A DNA stretch of 64,000 nucleotides from Hydrolagus affinis (taxonomy: Eukaryota): contig JAAILG010001155.1 of assembly GCA_012026655.1 (NCBI GenBank), positions 1 to 64,000 of the forward strand, in the 5' to 3' direction. The notes under the pieces were generated by a model. It was not told the DNA's origin, searched no databases, and saw only the letters and a list, made by a program, of their open reading frames with translations. Made by a program: the position numbers and the translations under genes. This document shows positions 46,801-61,900 of this stretch, piece by piece (the stretch's first letter is position 1; each line of letters begins with the position of its first letter).

Positions 46801-49800
46801 CTGGGGATACATTAAAATTCAAGGATTATTATATATACATATACAAAACAGAAGAAAAAAAATCCATCACCACCTTTTACTCTGGTCACCGACAGTTAAC
46901 GACAAAGGTACACACCCAACTCATTCACAGGAAATTGATCATTTGATCTAATCAAATAATACCAATTTCCATAAGTCTACAATATAATTGAAAGATCAGA
47001 GTAAAGTCCCTGAGAGTGCTCTGTATAGGATACTTCCCGATGCCCTAGCCAACAATACTCAAGATAAAATTGGTTATTCAATTCGGTTATAATAATTGTT
47101 GCATTTGATGTAGTTCTTTATCACATCTTCACGACACCTCAGAATACAGGTACCCCTCCCCAACCACGGGGGACACGTTCCTGAAAACCTCCACTGTTAT
47201 TAAAACCACGGTTGGAAAATGCAGGGCCCTATGGGAAACATGGGGATAGGGGGAGTAAGTTTGCTTGTCCTTGAACTAAACAAAAAAATTCATGTTATTT
47301 ACCTAAATCCTAATGATGATGATGATGGGGGAGGCGGTTGTTACGTGCTGTTACATGGAAGAGGGGCCCTGCGCACCCTCTTCCTCTGCCTCTTCCAGAT
47401 CATAAATCACCGACGAGTGCGAGGGGGGGTGGATGTGGAGAAGGTGGTGTGGTGGGTGACACGGAGTGGGGTGGATGCGGAGAAGGTGGTGTGATGGGTA
47501 ACACGGAGTGGGGTGGATGCGGAGAAGCGACATCGTGGCTAGGTGATTGCGACATCGTAACTGGGTCCTAGCACCAAAAGCTAGTGTTAGAGTTAAAACG
47601 TGGATACGCAAAATTCACTGCCGCGGTTGGCAAAGGTTGTCGCAGAGAGGCACGTGAAATTCGCAGTAGAAAAAAACGCGGTTGGGGCGTGGTACCTGTA
47701 TACTGGAAAGTTAATTGACTATATAGTTATCAGTGGGATATTGATGTGAACAAAATTGCCTGCCACATTCGCCTCAGTGAATATATTTAACAGTAGAGAT
47801 GCGAGACAAGGGGTCAATGTGCTATATTATTAAGGATTATCTTCAGGAGACATTAATTGCTATTGTTTCCAGTATTGTGGAAACCAACAGTCTGTATTTC
47901 TCTCACTTCACACTCAATCTAAATTTTTGAAGAGCCTCTTTGTTTGTGCAGATATAGATTGGCTTCTCTCCACAAGATAGAAACCCAATGAAAATGTTCT
48001 GATAAGAAATAATAATAATCCTTGCTTTTGATTTAGGGCTTTTCACGTTTTACACTATATATATGTATATACATACGATTGTACATTTGTGGACAAAGAG
48101 ATGCTGAGATTAATGAGACAGAAAGCTCTCCCAGTCATACAAATTTGTTACTTCAAAAATCAGATGCACAGCAATTGGCTTGCCACCCACTACATAAAGC
48201 TCATCACATGAACCTTCAGCACTTCTAATCCTGCGAATACTTACAATCTGCCCTTGGCTACTGCGTCCCTGCTTTCTTCACAGAGTTCAGTGGTGACGCT
48301 ATCAAGGAGCATGGATAAATTAGGCTGTTCACACTTCATCCCATTGCAAAACATCACTGTCGCACGTTTTACCAGCTCAGCCACAAGACTCGCCCTGATA
48401 AATGGAACACAAACACACACAAAAAGGTAAATTTTTAATAGCTGATCCACATTTTAATTTCTAAGCAGCATTAGAACAGAGAAGCTTTACATTAGGATTT
48501 GGAAGTCAATCTCCTATCAACAACTAATTATGGAGTTGCATAACAGTTTCCCATATTCTCAAGGATAAATTTAATGTGGATTTTTTTAGAAAACAATCCA
48601 TAAAATAAAACTGATTATAAAACTATATATATTTTAAAGACAATAAAACAGGATATGAACCACTTACTTAATGTGTTTCACACAGTTAGAGCAAACTCTC
48701 TCAGCTACAAACTCAACTGTCTTACGAAGTGATGCGGGGTGATTGTGAAAGAAAGCTTCCTCCAATTCAGCCTAATCGAGAGAGAAAAACACAAGCAATT
48801 CCACTACAAGCAACTTGTACAATTCCTCTCCAGTTAAATGAGATTAACGTATCTCTACTTGCAGTGCTAAGGATTTGCAGTAACTGTATTTCCAGGATCT
48901 GGAATTCAGACCTAGATGATGCCCAGGCTCGAAATCTAATATTTTAAAACATTTCCACAGGTCTGCACGTGTGGAGACTCCCAACTCTACTGGCACATGC
49001 TAGCATTGCATTAAGCAGCCTCACCTCGTCCTTGCAGGGCTTCACAGAAGCCAGGGATATCAACTAACTCAGATTGTTTGAATCTAGCTTATTCACTACC
49101 TTCAGTTTGCAGGGATTCAAACACTTAGCTCAAAATTCCAAATTGCCAAACTGTATCTCTTGCCTCTTCCCCGGAGTTTAAGTGTAGTTAGCATCAACAT
49201 GCCTTTGCTTTCTGTCACCCCTCAGTCAAATAGTGCACCCTCTGTCACCCTCACTGACGCAATGCCACCCAACCACTCTCACTGACATTTAGTGCACAAT
49301 TACTTAGATAGTAACACAATTACACAGGCATGAGAGGTTGTTACCTGGAGTCGCTGTTGAGATAGAGCTGAAGTTGACACAAGCGGTTCTGCTGCAGTCG
49401 GGGTGATCTTTCTCATGAATCCTCCATTCTTAACCGCACTACCAACTACATAGGAAGCCAGCAACTTGCGTAACTCACCTGCAACACAGAAGTGGATTCT
49501 TTGGCAAATGCACCAGCCAATTTGTGTAATGTCCCAAAAACAACCACAAAGTGAATGACCACATTTATTACAGATTGTTGGCCAGGAAACTGGGAGAAAC
49601 TCTTCTTGTTTTGATTGGTGCAAGTAAGATCTTTAACATCCAACTGAACAGGCTCAGGACCTCAGCTGAACATCTCATCTGAAGGATTACATCTCTAACA
49701 GTATAGTGCTCTCAACACTAGACGAGTTCCAGCAAAGACTATGAGATCAAAGACACCTTGTGGAACTTGAACCCACAACCTTGTAACTAAATGAAATGAG

Positions 49801-52800
49801 AGGGCTACCAAATAAGCCAGTCTTACAGCTTCTAGCAGTTTGTGTGTGAAACCAGACAAGTGTTTGGGGGTGTAGAGAACAGGTGGGTTGCCTGCTGCTC
49901 ACCCGGACATTATTCCTGATCTCAACCAAGTTGCTCAACATTCATTAGATTATCGGGTATGCGTGAACTGAAAAGGGGAAAGAAATTAACATTCTCACAG
50001 GCTACTGCGTCTGGTTGGTGAAGAATGGATGTGAGAGGATTGGGAGTGAAGAAAGCAAAGCAGAGTACACAGGCTTGTCAATTTCAAATCAGCATACATG
50101 GAAAACAATTTTTGTTGGAAAAATGTACTCAGGACAACTCCCTCCCAGAGATCAGTTTGCATATAAGCTGGCAGGAACTCTTACCTTCAGCAGACAGGGA
50201 AAAAGGGTCATCTTTCAATCCTATGCAAGCTCTATAGATGAATTGTACAGTACACACAGCACCTCAGTCTTGGTGCATGTCCAGCACTTTTAGACGTTCT
50301 TCCAACAAAGTGTTAATAAATAATAAATTATACTGTAGTAATTCAGTGGTGATAATCCTGATGCTATTGGGTTGTCTGACCCTGCACAACCTCCAAACTA
50401 ATTTTGCCTGACCTCGTTGTGCATATGAAAACAGTGTGGATATCAGGTCTGTGTGAGTGTGCTCTTTGTGTAACATTACCAAAAAACAACAAATGTACAA
50501 CAATGGAGAAACAGGCAGGAAAAAGCAGCCCAATGCAGTACTTACTTAAATAGGGGCAGCAGGTGTAAAGAAGTTGCTGATCAACCAAAGGAACAGAGTC
50601 CTGGGAACAAACACAGACAATAAGATCAATAGGAAAGTTCAAAAGTAATAACTTGATGGATCAGTGAGTAAATGCACAGCTTGTTATGATTCTGCATCTG
50701 ATCTGTATAGCTCAATGCCACAAAAAGGCCTTACCCATTAAACCATCAGAGCAACTTTTCATCTTTTATACCAACATAAATCAAGCTCACAACTCCAGCA
50801 GTAAAAGCATTACTTACTAAGCCTTGATCTGAAACGGTCAGTTCGATTGCATCAATCTGTTCTTCATTGAAAAACATTTCTTCAGGAATTGCGGGAATCT
50901 ATGAATCATTTAACAATAATGAATAATCAGCCTTTGCACTGTTCCTGACATTTTTCATATCAAGCACTTCATGTCATTGTCGTTTCAGACTTACTTGGAA
51001 AAGCCATCCCAGCACAGCTAGGATCAACAGTTTGTTCAGACAGTTCCCATTCTGCTTGCTAGTTAGAATCAAGCATCTGTATTTCACAAAGTAAAGAATT
51101 TAATAATAATACACAAGTTTTTCTCCTTTCTTTCTCTTCTCGCTGTATCAAATGCAAATACTATTATCAAAACAAATTAAAAGTTCATTTTGTGCCCTAG
51201 TTGTATCTAGTTTGGAAACAGCAATTGTTCTTGTGGGTTGCTTAAGGAACTGTAATCAGAACAGCAGTGTGTTGCTGAGTTACAATGTTTGAAGGCGCTA
51301 TGCAAATGTCATTTTGTTGTTGTTGTAAACATCCTCCAGATTTTGTCTACCCTCCTGCGGTTATCTGTAAATGGGTAAACTCTCGCTCACTCAGTATGAA
51401 TTCAGTCTCTAGGCTTAGGCATCAGGTTCTATCCCCAGTTATCCTTCCTGCCCCACATCCGGTCCCTCACCAGCACAGCTCTCTTCCATCTCCATCACAT
51501 TGCCTTCTCTGCCGTTACCTTACCCCAATGTCACTACTTGGCTGGACTATTCCAACGAGCCCCGGCTTTTGGCCTTTGGCTCCGCCATTGTGAAGTGCTC
51601 TGACACACCGCCAAGCATGCAGGGCACTACATAAATGCAAGTTGTTGTTGCTCAGTCAATGCAGTATTATGGATAACGTCTCATTTGAAGGGGGCCAGAG
51701 GTGCCGCTCTTCAGATGACATGTTAAACCGAGGAACAAACTGCCCATTTCTGGTGAACGTTAAATCCCATAGGAAAACCCGAAAGAGAAAGCAGTCTCTG
51801 CTGGTGTCCTGGACTATCGTCCCCTAAATAAATTTGGGAATTTAACGACTGTTTTGAGGAATTGCTGTGCAAAATTGGATGCCGCTTTCGCCTACAAAAT
51901 ATAGTCACTACACTTTACAATAAAGCTTGTGAAAAGCTTTATGAGATATCATCCCAGCATCAAAATATGCTGTATAGCCAATGTATCTTATCAATACTCT
52001 AGCCAATTAAAATAAATGTCTCAAGTTACATGCAAAAATGAAACATGAGACAGAAGGGTTGAGTTGCCACTCACCTGTATAAGTGCAAGAGGAGGGTAAA
52101 CACCTTGTGGTAATAATCCAGCAACGGAGTGATGTAGTCCATCATACTCAGGAACTCAACTACCCAGGGTACTGTGAGGATCGTGCGCTGACGTTCAAGT
52201 GACGTTTTCAATATTTCATACACATTCAGAACAGAGACTCCCTGGGAGAGGAGACAAGTAAAAGAGTCAACAAAGCTGTTGGAATCCAAATGTTAGGAAG
52301 CTGGGAGTTCACTTCACAGGCAAAAAAACACACCTATTTGGGTTTCTTTTGAACAACTTGCTGGACTACAATACTATCACTGCCCTGGACAATGAAGACA
52401 AAGTACACCGACAAAAAATATACTCCCTGCATTTTAGAGTAAATCTATTGAGAAGTCCTCCTGATGTTGAAGATGGCATCAAGCATAGGTCTACTTCACG
52501 TTTCCTACCCCACTCCACTCCCCAAACATTGTTAGTTAAATTTTCAGCTTATCTGCCCCCACTTTCTAGACTCCGGAATCCTTCTGACTTGCTGCCATCT
52601 CCAAAATGCAGCAGAGGTGTGATTAGGGAGGGGGGGGGGGCGGGGGGAGAAGACTAATATACATTGAGGAGGCTATAAATAAAGGGAAAAGCAGCATTCA
52701 TATGCAAAGCTGGTACAAAACTAGTGATAATGACAACAATAACTAATGAAAACCCTAGTTGGATCCAGTGAGATGCTAATGTATCGCATTACTGACGACT

Positions 52801-55800
52801 ATCCATCCACAAAGCAAGAGTCACATCTAAAAAAACTTGTGCTCACATGGTTTCTGAGGGGAAGAGCTGCCTCCTGCATATCCCGTGTTGGCCGATCTCC
52901 TGTTCGATAAGGGAGGAAGGTAAGAAACCCCAGAAACTTGGCCAGCAATCTTACTGTCATTAAGACTGAGGCAAAGTGTTCCTTCTCATCCTAAATTAAG
53001 CAGATAAAAGAGAGAGTGAATGTATTTCAATGGACAAGCCAACATGTGGCACAATGAGGCATTCGGGTCTCAGAGAATAAATGGGTAATAGCTTCCATCC
53101 AATGATCATTCAAAGTAACCATACAGTCTTACTGCTTTTATCACTGAATAAAAGCTTCAACACAACTATTAATATAACAAAGCCATCCATAAACCACACA
53201 CGGCAGTAATAACAATCAGCTATATTTATATAGCATCATTCACACTGGTTAGTATCTCACAATGCTTAACAGTGGTACAGTTGAAGAGGAAGATGTTTAG
53301 GTCTGATATGAAAACATGGGTAAGGAGGGAGAAAACCTAAGGGAAAGGGAGATATGTAGGAAACCAGAAATAGCTGAGCAAATAGGTGTGTACAGATTGA
53401 GGGTTAAGCTGATTAGAGGAAGGGAAGTGACAGGGCACTAGAAGAAACTCAACCCACTGCACGAAAAGGAATAGGAAGTGACCCCTTGCGGGGGTTGGGG
53501 GTAAAGAGATGTCAAAAAGAAAAATAATGAAAAATAATAAACGTGAACACTTGCCTCACAATGTGCATGACACAAGGGCTTACCTGTTCGTCCATATCAG
53601 TTTCACATTCTGTGGACTCATGGTTCAGGATCGCAATGCTGTCCAGTTCAGAAATCTGCTGACATAGGCCATCTGACAAGTGCTGGTTTAACTGGTGACT
53701 AAAATAAAAAATAAAAAAAATCAAGCTTCTGGCAATAACAAATTGAATGTTCAGCTTGCAGAAAGAATAACAGGAAAGCCAACAAAAACTAGTTTATTAG
53801 CAGTCACATGCTCGCAAGAGTTTTGGAAGAAGAGGCCTATTAGGCTGATCTAAACGTTTCAAAGGCTTTTATCAATTCAGCGGTGGAAACTAATTTTCCA
53901 AATAGTAGAAAACACCAAATTTTGCACCAAATGTAATAGACATAATATAATAATATAATAATCCTTGCATTTGACATACAACTTACAGAACTCAGGATTC
54001 CTGGGTAGAGGGAGCATGTAGATTCTGACATTAATACCACTTCTTGCACATAGCACTGACTGGCAGCCTATTAGTGTGGGATATAATTTTATTGAACAAA
54101 GGCACTAAATTATAACTAGGTCCAAAAACGATTTTGCTTTACTTTCAATGTTAGTTACCCTCTGGAACTAAGTCAGCAGGTAACACGTTCCTATACCTGT
54201 ACCCTCTGGAATCAACAATCTGGCAATTATTCCCTGCCACCTGACTGGTAACAGATGTTAAATTGAGCATGGAGCCAACTTCAATAAAGGAGTCAACAAT
54301 AACTGAAAACAGAACCAACCTTCCTGCACATAAAAGGAAATCCCTGAAGAATTCCTGGCACCCTGAAAAGGCTGGAGGTGGACACGGCCCCCCGATACTC
54401 TGAGGTACGACAAAGCGTTCCTGCAGTCGTTTCAGCTTGGTTAGGTTGTCCGTTCCAAGCATGTCAAGTACATCCTGATCAGGATTGTCGCCGGCTGCAA
54501 GTGCTCCAACTGGGCCTTTACACATCTGCAGGAGGAACGGAGAGGAGGATGTGAAACTAAATATTTGAGTGAAAATAGTCACAATAAGTATCCAAAAAGA
54601 AAATTAACCTCTCACAACTAGAAAATCAAAATATTGATTGTAAAGTTACAATAACGTCCACCACACTTGGTTTGGACCGACTTAATAGTCAATTACATAC
54701 ACTAAACCAGATGTAGCACACCTACCCTGATCAGCTGCTTCTGAAACAATCTTGCAAAGTGGATGTGATTATAAGCTGCACTCAGATTGACCATCATCAT
54801 CCTAAAGTAGAGTTAAAAAAGATGCATCAAACAAAACATGAGGCAGTGTTTATGCATCAATAATTGTTCAATTAAGCGTTTTCAGACAATACAACTTTTG
54901 ATGTTTCACCTGAAACTCTTCACTGTGCGCAATAGTTTAATATTTTTCTTGGAACATTCACGGTGTCAACTGTCTTCACAATGGAAGCTCATAAGTACCT
55001 TTGACAGATCAGCACAAACACTGAATTGGAGTGTCATTTTAGACTATGTGAGCTCAACGGCTAGCAGTTCAATCATCACTAACATGGCGGAGACTGGCCA
55101 GCTTCCTATGTATGTGCCAGAGATGCACACTAGAGAACAGTTTCTAATATTCACAATAATTAATCTTCAATAATCCTCAAACACAGTTTCTGAATTTGGT
55201 AAATTAGATCAAATATACATTTGGCTGAGAAGCGCTGAAATGGCATTGTCTTCAAACTGTGTTAAAGTCTGATAGGAGTATTTGGCAATAAGCAGCCTGG
55301 AAACCAATAACCCTGCCGTGACAATGTACAAACAACTGACTTCTGCGTCCACATCCCCAGAAACGTGGTACCTTGTCAACTGTAGGTATTTGTGAAATTC
55401 TTTGTGAAATAAAAGAAACTAGAGTGTGAATGTGCCCTCTGCTGGACAATAGATATTAAACTAATATGCAGCTAGCACCATTTTTCCTCTCAGTTATTGT
55501 TGGTTAATTTTAACTGATAATTAACCATTCATCATTTAATAAAACTATTAATCCAAACATTATATCAACTTGTATCAATGAAGTTGTTTGCTTTCACATT
55601 CAATACCAAGCATTTTATAATTTGTTTCCTTTCTTAATAGAAAGGAAGATCCTATCTATCTTAAGGCTCTAACTGCATGATGGGCAATATATAGTACAGT
55701 AAAAGCCTGTTTATCCGGCACCCGATCAACTGTAACTTCCGTATAACCAGCATCTCAAAAAAAGTCCACATTCAATTAACTGGAATTTATCCAGAAAAAC

Positions 55801-55910
55801 TGCATTTTTAATTTTTTTTTTAATTTTTGCTCATTTTCGGCCGAATATCCAGCACGCACTTTAACCGGCATTGGCCAGGTCCCGAGGGTGCCGGATAACC
55901 AGGCTTTTAC

Positions 55911-55946
<36 letters not shown>

Positions 55947-58900
55947 AAAACCATTATATATACATACACACACACATTATAAATGCAAGTTGTACATTAT
56001 TCTTAACTTTATTAGTAACAACTCTTTAATCTGCTATGCAAAGTGTAGGGGAAGTTTACCAGAATATGTAAACAATTATCAACTTCCAATTCCCTTTACA
56101 ATATCACCTCTGTACCTGATTCGGAGTCCCAGCGCTCTCTCAAACTCCCAGCAAGGATTTTCATGTTTATCCTCCCACTCACGCAGGAGTTCGTAAAATA
56201 TATCTCTGTAAAATAGCAAAGGGCCTCTTCAATCAGTATGTATGTTACAAACTGAAGGCTTTTTACTTCTCAAACCATTTCATTTTGAATCCCTGCTAAT
56301 ACTGACTGGAGGATATCAATTTATCATAACAATGGAGCAAATGGGAAGGTTAGAATTGTTTTCACATAAAGAGCAGTTTGGATATTGAATGCCCTGCCAA
56401 GAGCAATGGTTGAGGCAGATCCAAATTCACTTTCAAAAGGGAACTAGATAAATATCAAAAAAAGAGGTAAACAACAGTTGATGGGGGAAAAGGCAGGTAA
56501 ACGGGACTGAAAGGATTGCTTTTAAAAGACAGTACAGACACTATGGGTCAAATGGCCTTCTTGTGCGCTGTAAATTTCTATGGCTCTAAAAGAAGTGTGT
56601 GGAATTTTACTAGTTAATGCTACAATTTAGAAAACAGATAAAAGTTCAGATTGCAAGAGAGTAACCATGGCTTAACTACTTCAAATAAAATTAGTGAAAT
56701 TACTTTGGTATAGTTTGGGACTATGGTATTTTCTGCTCGAGTACATTGCTGCTGTGACAATTAAGACCACTATTAATTTATTTATATTCCAGGAATACGG
56801 AATTGTGCACAACAGCATCAAGAATAAAAACGTAGAGTTCTCCATATAATATTTTTCTTCCCACGCGCCTCGTGCATTTTTTAAAATATAACTGACGATT
56901 CTGATCCTGAGCCATTTCTAACAAGACAGGAGCTGTACCTTTGCTTCTTGAAATTCTGAAAGGCTCTGTCACTGATAAAGTTTGATCGGTTGTCGGTTTC
57001 AGGCTCAAATGGGACAGACTGTATGACTGAAGGAAATGCGAGCGACACCTGGAAAAGAGAATGCAGTCAAGCAATGACATGCCACAGCCACTCTTCAATG
57101 AAAGAGAAGCACAATTGTCTTTGAAAGGAAACTCAACTGACCAATATAGGGAGACAAGCAATTTCACAATAAAATCAAATGATTTATGAGACTCTATGCT
57201 ATCTGAGAAAATAGATAAATATGTAAGGCTAAATATTCTCAAGAAACACAAATGAATGGTTTAGTTCAACTGTTCACTGCTTCCAACTTAACTCCTACCA
57301 CTTCACAGTGATCCACTCCGTTCTGAATTGCAGGGTGAATACCCAATCCTGAAGCCATGCCAGAGACAATATCTAAACCCTGACAGCTGCACACAGCATC
57401 TAACAAATAAAAGCAATAAATGCGTATAAGTACATACTCCTCACATCTTAAACTGGTTACCTACAGAACACTTCAACATAAATTCATGATATCAAGGCAC
57501 CTAACAAAACACCTGTGATAACTGGATCTAACGAAGAGAACCAGATTTTCACAAGATCTTTTATTGCTTCCTTTTGATAGTCTTCTCCCATTTTGTGAAT
57601 ACATTTGACTCCTGTTTTTCTTCCAATGTAGTACAGTTTCAAGGGCAGTCACCCTCAGTTGTTTTCTCCAAGTGACCACTATTTATATACAGAAATCACT
57701 ACAGCCAAGCCTTCGCCTGCATCTTCCTGAAAGCATTTCAAAAAGGTATCATTGGATATACTTGCAGACCATCTCCAAAGCCAGAACTAAACTGCTGCTA
57801 GGCCGATTCTCTCACCTTGGCTGTGCTGATCTTGTGGGCGTAAATCATCTGGTCACGTAAGGAGCTTGAGAACATACCGAGCCTGTCATTCTCAGCAAGA
57901 AGTCTCAGCGTCCCCTTGTCTAAATGGGAAATGATCCTAAACAAATCAAAAAGAACACATACACAAAGGATCTTCCTCTTATTTAAAACAACAACAAAAT
58001 TACACTTGTATAGCACCTTTCACGTCACGTTATCGAATCACAACAAAAGATACCAGTTCTTAATTTGTAACATTTTCAGCAATTTTGGCTAAGCAAAATT
58101 ACGAAAAGAATTGGATCACTCCATTGACAACAGTTTGTGGGTCACTGCTGTGAGAGAATGGCTGCTGCATTTCACACACAAAATACATAGTGAATATGCA
58201 ATATATTCAGTTAAGTGCTTTGAGAAGTCTCAATGACTTGATAAGGTCTATAAAAAAAATACAAATATTATTGTAATTCAGGTGACAGAAGATTCAGAAA
58301 ATTCCCTCTAAATCTTTTCACAATTGGAAAATTATTAATCATTCAATATTGAACAATCTTTTAAAGTACTGTACAAAGATCGAGCATATTCTAAGTGATA
58401 TTTACATGTCACAACACTTTAGAAACTTTGTGAAGCTTTTGAGACATTCTCAATGTCATAGATTCTCTATCAAATATAATGATAAGAACAACGTTAAATA
58501 TACAGATCATTGCAAATTTTTGCAAACCTTTTGAAGCCTCTGTATCAGTGTAGATCAGGTCAGAATGCAGAATTGTATGATCCAAGCAAGAGCCTTTGGA
58601 ACTAACCTTAGTATTGGTTTCATTTCACAGAAAGAGATTATTTAGTCTTTCTCTGAGGGCTACTGCAAAATTACACACCATTTTGTGCTATAAAGGTATC
58701 CCATAGGGAACCCCCGCCTCCCAACAATATAACTTAGTATCACTCTCATATAGGTGAAAGAGCCATGTCCTAGTCCCGTCTCAAAATCCATCCTTCAATG
58801 CTTTACCTGTCCTGACAGCCAATAACCCCAACATTGGGAAACGATTAGATTTGCAGATTCCCTACTAACAAGCAAAGTAACAAAAACCAAAAACATTTTT

Positions 58901-61900
58901 TTTTTCTGTTACAAGACTAACTGACTTGAATTGTTCCATACTGGATATACCCTATATATCAATACCGATCTAATTTGTCAGATTTCTAAACAGCGAACAC
59001 TGCTGATACCTGGATCAATCAATCAATCAATCAAACATTTATATAGCGCCTTTCACGTCAAGAGGATGTCCCAAGGCGCTATACAGTTAGGTAGGGACAA
59101 GAGCGGGGGGGTGGGGGGGGGGAGGGAGAGGGGCAAAATGAAGAAGAGTAGGAAAATTGACTGTATATTTGTGGGCGAAACGCAGCAACCAAATTGCACA
59201 CAGCAGTGTCCCACAAACAGTCACGGAAGTGGGATAAAGGGAAAAGGGGGGGAAAGATGGCAAGGGGAGGGATCGCGGTAGGGGGAAAGAGATCAGGAAA
59301 GCCGACTGTATATTTGTAGGCGAAATGTGGATGTTCCCCAGCAAAGCATTCTCTGTGAATTCACAAGAATTTTCCACTCAGGCTCCAGGCTGGTGTTTGG
59401 AGCCTCCTTTGGCAGCAATCTTGAGTGGAGTATTCAGTGGGTCAGTCAGAAACAGCAACATATCTGGGTACTAGCAGATTTGCTATTTTGCTAAATCCCA
59501 TAAACTAGACCATATTGTTTGTACCTACAAATAATTCTTAATAAACAAATGTGAAGATTCAATTTAAAATAAGCACTTACGTTAACTGTTGATCCAGAAC
59601 TCTCACAGCAAAGTAGACACAATTGTGCACACTCCTAAAGTACCGTCTCTCCACATCTGGGGAAGTGGGGGGGTGTGGGTGGGGAGAGAAATGTAGTTCT
59701 ATTTAATTCACCATTAATTACACAGTTACAAAATTTGTTAACTTGATGTGTCCTCATACGGATAACTTACTTTTAACTTCTAAGGAATATTTCAGCTCAT
59801 CTTCAGCATCATCTGTGGCTGAAGCTCCTCCTCTTGATGTCAACAGCTGCAGTATAAAGAAAAGCTCCAAAAAAATATTCGGTACTAAATTCTCTAGAAT
59901 TGGAAGAAAAAAATGAATTCAATTCATTTTACGGTTTACATTTGTACTCCTATCTCAGCCGTCTTCCCACTTCCACTCAATCCCAAAACACTTGGAGCCC
60001 AAGACCGATCACAATGATGTTAATGCAATGGTCGAAGAGTCCCTCCATTGCATTTCTTGTCTCTCTTCCCTACACAACATAATTCAAGTACAATGCCAGT
60101 GAAAAAGTAAACCACTGAAGTCAGCACTTATAAAATCAGCCACATTGTCATTAGAACATTTAACACCATCTGCGCTAAAATGAAGAACAAACCAAAGTCA
60201 GAGGAGAAAGCACTCACATTGACAATGTTTTTTCCAAATAAATATTCTAACCTTTACTGGTGGATTATTCGCAGCCAGATTTTTTTTGTGGGAACAGGAG
60301 GCGAGATATCAACTAACTTTGTCACTGGTCATATTCAGATGCATCAACTTCCCTTAACTCACACAGGAAGACTGCACAGGTCACCCCTGACCAAACTTTT
60401 CAGATGTGATTGGAGGTGCGTCAGACTAAACAATCTCCCATTTAATACAGTTAATAGGCTGCTCCCAAAGATAATACTAATAACCCATGTATTTGCTACA
60501 TAGGTTGGGTATGGTGAGCACAAGTTAAAACAGACACACTCCTTTCTATTCCAATAGTAAACATACAGTACATTGACTTGTAAATGAATCAGCAAAGTAT
60601 ATTTCTGTAATAACTACCATTGTTAAGAGTAGACATAGCCAACCACTAATACACTTACCTAAGATACAAGCAGAGTACAGTTGAGCCAATATATCAAGTT
60701 GATTCCGGTATGAAACTTTGTTTACATCAGCACATACAGTTTGGCTGTCTGAGGAGACAGAGACAGATCGTCCACAGGAAGGAGGTTTATTGGGGGTGGT
60801 GATATCATCCGGGACAGAGAGATAAGGGGTTGATGTTAGCTGAAGCAACTTTGACCTAAATGGAAAAATGTATTCATTCAACAAAAAATAAGGTAAACTC
60901 CAACAGCGGTCAGAAATACATTAATTTGGAAGCATATAGTTTAAGGAGTCTATAAAAACATAGTGGTAAAACAGAAAACAATTTTGTATTCACACTCCCC
61001 ACCCCCCCAAAGTATTCCTGCATTGTGCTCCCAATGCTAATCAATCAGGCAGATAACTTATAATATAACAATTGCACTCGGTAACTGACAGGTACAAAAC
61101 AAACACCCAGAACAACGCCTTTTGCAGACCTATCCAAGACCTATTCAAACCTGCATGGAAACATTATACACCAACCTAATTAATATACTCACTGTGTGAC
61201 ACACAGACTTGTGCCACAGCACCCCACCCTCTTTACATGTATACAAAGAGAACAGGACAAACCAATATTTTTTTATTGAGAAGCAGAACCGACTATAATG
61301 TTGTTTGCTAGTGGTCCAAATTTCTAGGTTTCCATATAACATATTTGACCAGAAAACACACTGGAAATTTTCCCAACAGTTTAGCAAAAGTATTGCTACC
61401 TTTCTATTTTCAGCATCTCTCGCTCTTCCTGCAAGCTATTGGCCGATGAAACAACAGCGCCCTCCAAACCAGCACCAAATGCTTCTGGAACAGCTCCTGC
61501 TGTGTAGGTAGAAGTTGGCTGCTGACTCAAAGGAGTGGAAGTGAAGCATATCTTGGGTTTGGAAAGTGACCGTTCTGCACTAACTGGAGTAGGATTAATT
61601 CTCCTTGAAGGCTTTGTTTTACTGAAATAAATACAATGCATAAAAGTTTGATTTTAATCTACAAACAACTTTAAAAATCTAAAATTCCTACACAAAATCT
61701 GACCAACCTGTCCGATAGGGCAATCAATGTTTAAAACATCAATGATAAATAAATAATAATTCTTACAGCTGATACAGCGCCTGATCACATCCGAGATTTC
61801 TCAAAGTGCTTCATTGAGTATACCATAAAGTGAATTGTCTGTATATTTCGTGGGTGAAATATACAGACAATTTATCAAACAAAGAGGCAAAATTTAACTA

